Below are positions 60,915 through 64,000 of a stretch of 64,000 nt of DNA, in pieces. Origin of the DNA: a virus. The notes beneath the pieces are model-generated. The model was not told the DNA's origin and did no database searches. It saw only the letters and a list, made by a program, of their open reading frames with translations. A program made the position numbers and the translations under genes. Location of the stretch: positions 59,006-123,005 of the IMG/VR virus record IMGVR_UViG_3300032236_000679. One strand, 5' to 3'. Position 1 is the stretch's first letter. Every line of letters begins with the position of its first letter.

Positions 60915-60933
60915 TTTGTTTTCTCCTTATTAT

Positions 60934-61587
60934 TTAATTTAGCATCAATTCATCTACAAAGTCTAATAATAATTTATGATGGTGCCCTGCATGCCAATGT
61001 GATTTAATATAAGCATAGGGCTTATCATACCAAAAATCCATGCTTTCTGGATGACAACCAATTAATCCAATATGATTCTGTATGATTGCCATGGGATCTT
61101 GATTGGCATAACGTGCTACAGTTTTAAATTTAGTTTCATCACCGACAAAAGCACAACCATCATAAAAGAACATATTTTCTTTTTGATTATTCCATATTAC
61201 TGGTGCAACTGTACCATATGAACGTCTTATATCTGCGTTGGGTTGTGTTATATATTGCACAGTATCAACGCTATCTAATATATCAAACCATCGACTACCT
61301 GCCCAATACGCACCCATACATATACCGAGATAGTGTCCGCCATTTGCAACATAATCTGCTATGGCATTCTCTGCTCGTCTTCTAAAGAAATTATCATATG
61401 TTGAATAGTCTCCAATACCTCCTGGAAACGCAACACAGTCATATGAACGGAATTTTTCATTCTTGATATCGTCAACTGACATAATATCAATAGAATATTT
61501 TGAAGATAATGCTTGTATCATGCCATCGCAACATTGCGTTGAGCATTCTGGGTGATGTTGAAATAGTGCTATTCTAGATTTGATCAC
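60934..61587 (-). CDS. BPL_N-like class I glutamine amidotransferase-fold protein
   Basis: VAFPGGIGD, GGHYLGICMGAY (nucleophile Cys), GLIGCHPE (His-x-Glu). Confidence 0.75.
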   Translation of the reverse strand: MIKSRIALFQHHPECSTQCCDGMIQALSSKYSIDIMSVDDIKNEKFRSYDCVAFPGGIGDYSTYDNFFRRRAENAIADYVANGGHYLGICMGAYWAGSRWFDILDSVDTVQYITQPNADIRRSYGTVAPVIWNNQKENMFFYDGCAFVGDETKFKTVARYANQDPMAIIQNHIGLIGCHPESMDFWYDKPYAYIKSHWHAGHHHKLLLDFVDELMLN

Positions 61588-61601
61588 CAGTTATTTAGTG
61601 T

Positions 61602-61673
61602 TGGCGCTTCCGGGGGGAATTGAACCCCCACTTGCAGTTTTAGAGTCTGCTAGCTCTCCACGAGCACGGAAGC
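61602..61673 (-). tRNA. tRNA with CUA anticodon (amber suppressor), tRNA-Pyl-type compact cloverleaf
   Basis: GCTTCCG T GCTC GTGGA GAGC T AGCAGA CTCTAAA ACTGCA AGT GGGGG TTCAATT CCCCC CGGAAGC G CCA; 72 nt; encoded CCA; anticodon at 61641-61643. Confidence 0.88.
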
Positions 61674-61681
61674 ATATTGTA

Positions 61682-62941
61682 TTAGTCGTTATCGTAATAA
61701 GCGAAACGACCAAATGCGGGTTCAATATTCTTATTATGACGATTGTTAATAATCCAAACAGTGTCACAATAATCTGGATCTCCCCAGTCACCCCAAATTT
61801 CACCATCAGTAAACATTAGCAGTAACTTAGGTTCGATACCTTCGCCCTTCATAAAGTTCCAGCAGACAGTGGGATCTGTTCCGCCAAAACCCTTAATCTC
61901 ATAATCCATAATGTCATCACTGCCATGAGCAGTAAATTCCTGAGGATTATGTACCTGCGTATCCCAGCACCACAAGTGAATACGATGATCTTCAAACGTA
62001 TCCATAATAGCCTTAACCTCACTGAAGAAGTCACGTGCCATTTCGTCAGTGATGGAACCTGAAGTGTCAAGACCAATACAAACATCAATTTGTGTCTGTT
62101 TTAGCATTGAAGGCAGTGAAAAACCAGTTTGGAAGTTCTTCTTGCTAGGTACAGCATATGTATAATCATTCTTAACAGTGCTTTGGATCTGCTGACGAAT
62201 GAATTCACGCCAGTCGATCTTAGGCTCAGTCAAATCTTTGATCATACGCTTCAGACCGCTGGGCAAGTTACCTGCACCCGATGCCTGAGCAGCACTGAGC
62301 AGTGCTTCTTTAAACTCGTCTTTAATCTGTTGACGTTCAGCATCGCTCAGTTTAGGACGACCATTGCCCTTACCATCCTTCTCTTCATCATCGCCATCAC
62401 CTTCGCCGTCAAGGTGATCGTCCAGCATCATCTCAGCAAGTTCGTCCAGCGAGATCTTCTGAACATTCTTCATGAGATCATCGTACACGGCTTCCCATGT
62501 CCAGCCCTCATACTTGCGATCATAGAGCACAGGCACAACGGTAATTTTCTTACCGAGGTTGTTATTGATACAGTCTGCGTTAACAACATAGTCCATTGCG
62601 ATGTTGGAAATGCGACGGTCACGGCTACCAGTACGGCTCATATGGTCATAAGCACAATGTAGAAGTTCGTGGCAGAACAGGAACATCATCTGTCCAGTGT
62701 CCAGCATATTGATGAACTTTGAATTGTAATAGAAGTGACGACCATCAGTAGCAGCAGTCTCGCACCAAGTGTCAGCATTGACAAGCTTGAGGCGCATGGC
62801 AAGATTACCAAAGAAACCATGTCGGAGGACCAGTGCTACACGAGCAGCCAAAATCTGCTGCTTGGCCTTTTCGTCCAAAATTGGATCCATTTTCTCAACA
62901 ATACGGGACTTTTTAGCGTTTTTGGGCATTGGCGTAGACAT
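61682..62941 (-). CDS. Putative metallopeptidase plus VWA domain protein (DUF2201-type)
   Basis: ETAATDG...HELLH (HExxH)...N.AMDYVVN; MIDAS DTSGS; GFGGTD; FTDG. Confidence 0.85.
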   Translation of the reverse strand: MSTPMPKNAKKSRIVEKMDPILDEKAKQQILAARVALVLRHGFFGNLAMRLKLVNADTWCETAATDGRHFYYNSKFINMLDTGQMMFLFCHELLHCAYDHMSRTGSRDRRISNIAMDYVVNADCINNNLGKKITVVPVLYDRKYEGWTWEAVYDDLMKNVQKISLDELAEMMLDDHLDGEGDGDDEEKDGKGNGRPKLSDAERQQIKDEFKEALLSAAQASGAGNLPSGLKRMIKDLTEPKIDWREFIRQQIQSTVKNDYTYAVPSKKNFQTGFSLPSMLKQTQIDVCIGLDTSGSITDEMARDFFSEVKAIMDTFEDHRIHLWCWDTQVHNPQEFTAHGSDDIMDYEIKGFGGTDPTVCWNFMKGEGIEPKLLLMFTDGEIWGDWGDPDYCDTVWIINNRHNKNIEPAFGRFAYYDND

Positions 62942-62965
62942 ATTTGGCTCCTTTGCTATGTTTAT

Positions 62966-62993
62966 ATAATAGCAGAACGTGAGATATTGTCAA
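62966..62993 (-). promoter_or_regulatory. Sigma70-type promoter driving VWA, tRNA-CUA, BPL_N and the amber gene
   Basis: TTGACA-16 nt-TATTAT with extended TGn; AAGGAG RBS before the ATG at 62941. Confidence 0.65.
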
Positions 62994-63018
62994 CCAGTTA
63001 TTTTGGGTAAATATTAGT

Positions 63019-63078
63019 ATGGCAATTGTAGTTGGATCTGGAATAACTATTGGCGGCGGGATTAAGATAGATACTTAA
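63019..63078 (+). CDS. 19-aa micro-ORF MAIVVGSGITIGGGIKIDT
   Basis: Own late core TAAATA at 63008-63013, 5 nt before the ATG; Gly/Ile periodic beta-strand pattern. Confidence 0.45.
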   Translation: MAIVVGSGITIGGGIKIDT

Positions 63079-63096
63079 TCAACGATAAATAACATT

Positions 63097-63360
63097 ATGT
63101 CTGCTAACGGTATCGCACATAGAGCAACTAAACAGTTAAAGCAAGTGGGTAGGTTAACCATAGCCGAAGCCAAACGACAAGGCAAAACTGTGGCTGCTGA
63201 TGGTACTATTTCTGGATCATACAATTCATCGAAACCATATTGGAGATATCTAAACACGTTAGATATCGATTTATTACCTTCCAAGTATGTTGACAATAAC
63301 GTGCAAGACAACCCAGCACCGTTACAAGACGGTAGACCCTGGAAAGAACCCCTATCATGA
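63097..63360 (+). CDS. Small hypothetical (probably virion) protein
   Basis: 87 aa; late core TAAATA at 63086-63091; ends GRPWKEPLS. Confidence 0.6.
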   Translation: MSANGIAHRATKQLKQVGRLTIAEAKRQGKTVAADGTISGSYNSSKPYWRYLNTLDIDLLPSKYVDNNVQDNPAPLQDGRPWKEPLS

Positions 63361-64000
63361 GCGGCTCAAACAAATTAGAATCAGCAGATTATCGTTTAAA
63401 GAATCTTACAAATGCACTGTATATTACAGGAACAGATGATGTTGCTATCAGAACAGGTATTCAAGGCAACATTAATGTTGCTGGTAATATTAATGTTCCT
63501 GGTAATGTTCAAGTTTATAGTAGTCCTGAAGATCCGGTTCATGTTCACGTTACTGAACTTGGAACATATGGCAATCTAAAATTATTCATGCCCGTTCAAG
63601 GTACGGTGCAAGTTAATAATTTTCCTGCAACACAAACAATAACTGGCAATGTTAACATTAGTACTATACCCAGCATTACTGTTAGCAGTGGCAATTTGGC
63701 AATCTATAGTATGCCTGCTGTTACTAATAATGGCGCATTTGCTGTTCAAGCAGCACAGAGTGGAGTTTGGTATGCTAATATCAATAACTTCCCAACAAGC
63801 ACAACTATAACAAGCGGTAATATTGGAATCTACAGTTTACCAGCAGTGGCACAGAGTGGCGTTTGGTATGCTAATATCAACAATTTCCCCACCAGCACAA
63901 CTATCACAAGTGGTAACTTGTCAATCTACAGTATGCCTGCTGTTACTAACAATGGAACATTTGCTGTTCAAGCAGCACAGGCAGGTGTTTGGTATGCTAA
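63357..64000 (+). CDS. Repeat-containing structural protein, 5' part (runs off the window end)
   Basis: ATGA overlap start; open to the end; repeats of AQSGVWYANINNFPTSTTITSGN..IYS.PAV. Confidence 0.6.
   Translation, partial: MSGSNKLESADYRLKNLTNALYITGTDDVAIRTGIQGNINVAGNINVPGNVQVYSSPEDPVHVHVTELGTYGNLKLFMPVQGTVQVNNFPATQTITGNVNISTIPSITVSSGNLAIYSMPAVTNNGAFAVQAAQSGVWYANINNFPTSTTITSGNIGIYSLPAVAQSGVWYANINNFPTSTTITSGNLSIYSMPAVTNNGTFAVQAAQAGVWYA

Noticed and set aside
61580-61819. Track ORFs 61580..61819 (+) and 61591..61806 (-)
   Set aside because: They are shadows across the tRNA and the VWA 3' end, with no RBS or protein-like features.
1426-63311. Many short opposite-strand or alternate-frame track ORFs (e.g. 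1426..1647, 2232..2501, 9529..9831, 37626..38369, 62129..62662, 63075..63311)
   Set aside because: They lie within well-supported genes; the antisense ORFs over Gly/Thr/Ala repeats arise from codon bias and lack RBSs and motifs.
1-64000. Genome-wide stop-codon reassignment (code 15, TAG=Gln)
   Set aside because: Very long genes (4,978, 1,345 and 1,132 codons) are open in the standard code with no internal TAG, and three genes appear to end at TAG; only one clear internal TAG was found.

Overview
This is a 64-kb segment of an AT-rich, T4-like jumbo myophage genome with no host-chromosome genes. In order it contains: (i) the 5' part of a tape-measure gene, divergent from a gp26-like tail/hub chaperone that appears to be extended by a programmed -1 frameshift; (ii) a 430-nt hairpin-rich non-coding element; (iii) a minus-strand block of a PP-loop protein, TctC/Bug solute-binding protein, GIY-YIG nuclease, gp46/gp47 nuclease and gp55-like late sigma factor; (iv) a late baseplate/tail operon (tube initiator, gp53, hub, gp5-like spike, lytic protein, gp25, gp6, a 4,978-aa wedge/receptor protein and fibres); (v) an accessory cluster of glycosyltransferase-like genes, five tandem twitch/radical-SAM genes and a 71-aa-repeat protein, converging on sugar aminotransferase/epimerase, thyA and folA genes; (vi) a minus-strand operon of VWA metallopeptidase, tRNA, BPL_N-like protein and a hypothetical gene. 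The strongest candidate for an undescribed system is in (vi). A 72-nt tRNA with a CUA (amber) anticodon and the compact tRNA-Pyl-type cloverleaf appears co-transcribed with a gene that has a strong RBS and an in-frame TAG at codon 3. The rest of the window uses the standard code, which points to gene-specific amber suppression rather than genome-wide recoding. All product names come from motif recognition by eye; no searches were run.
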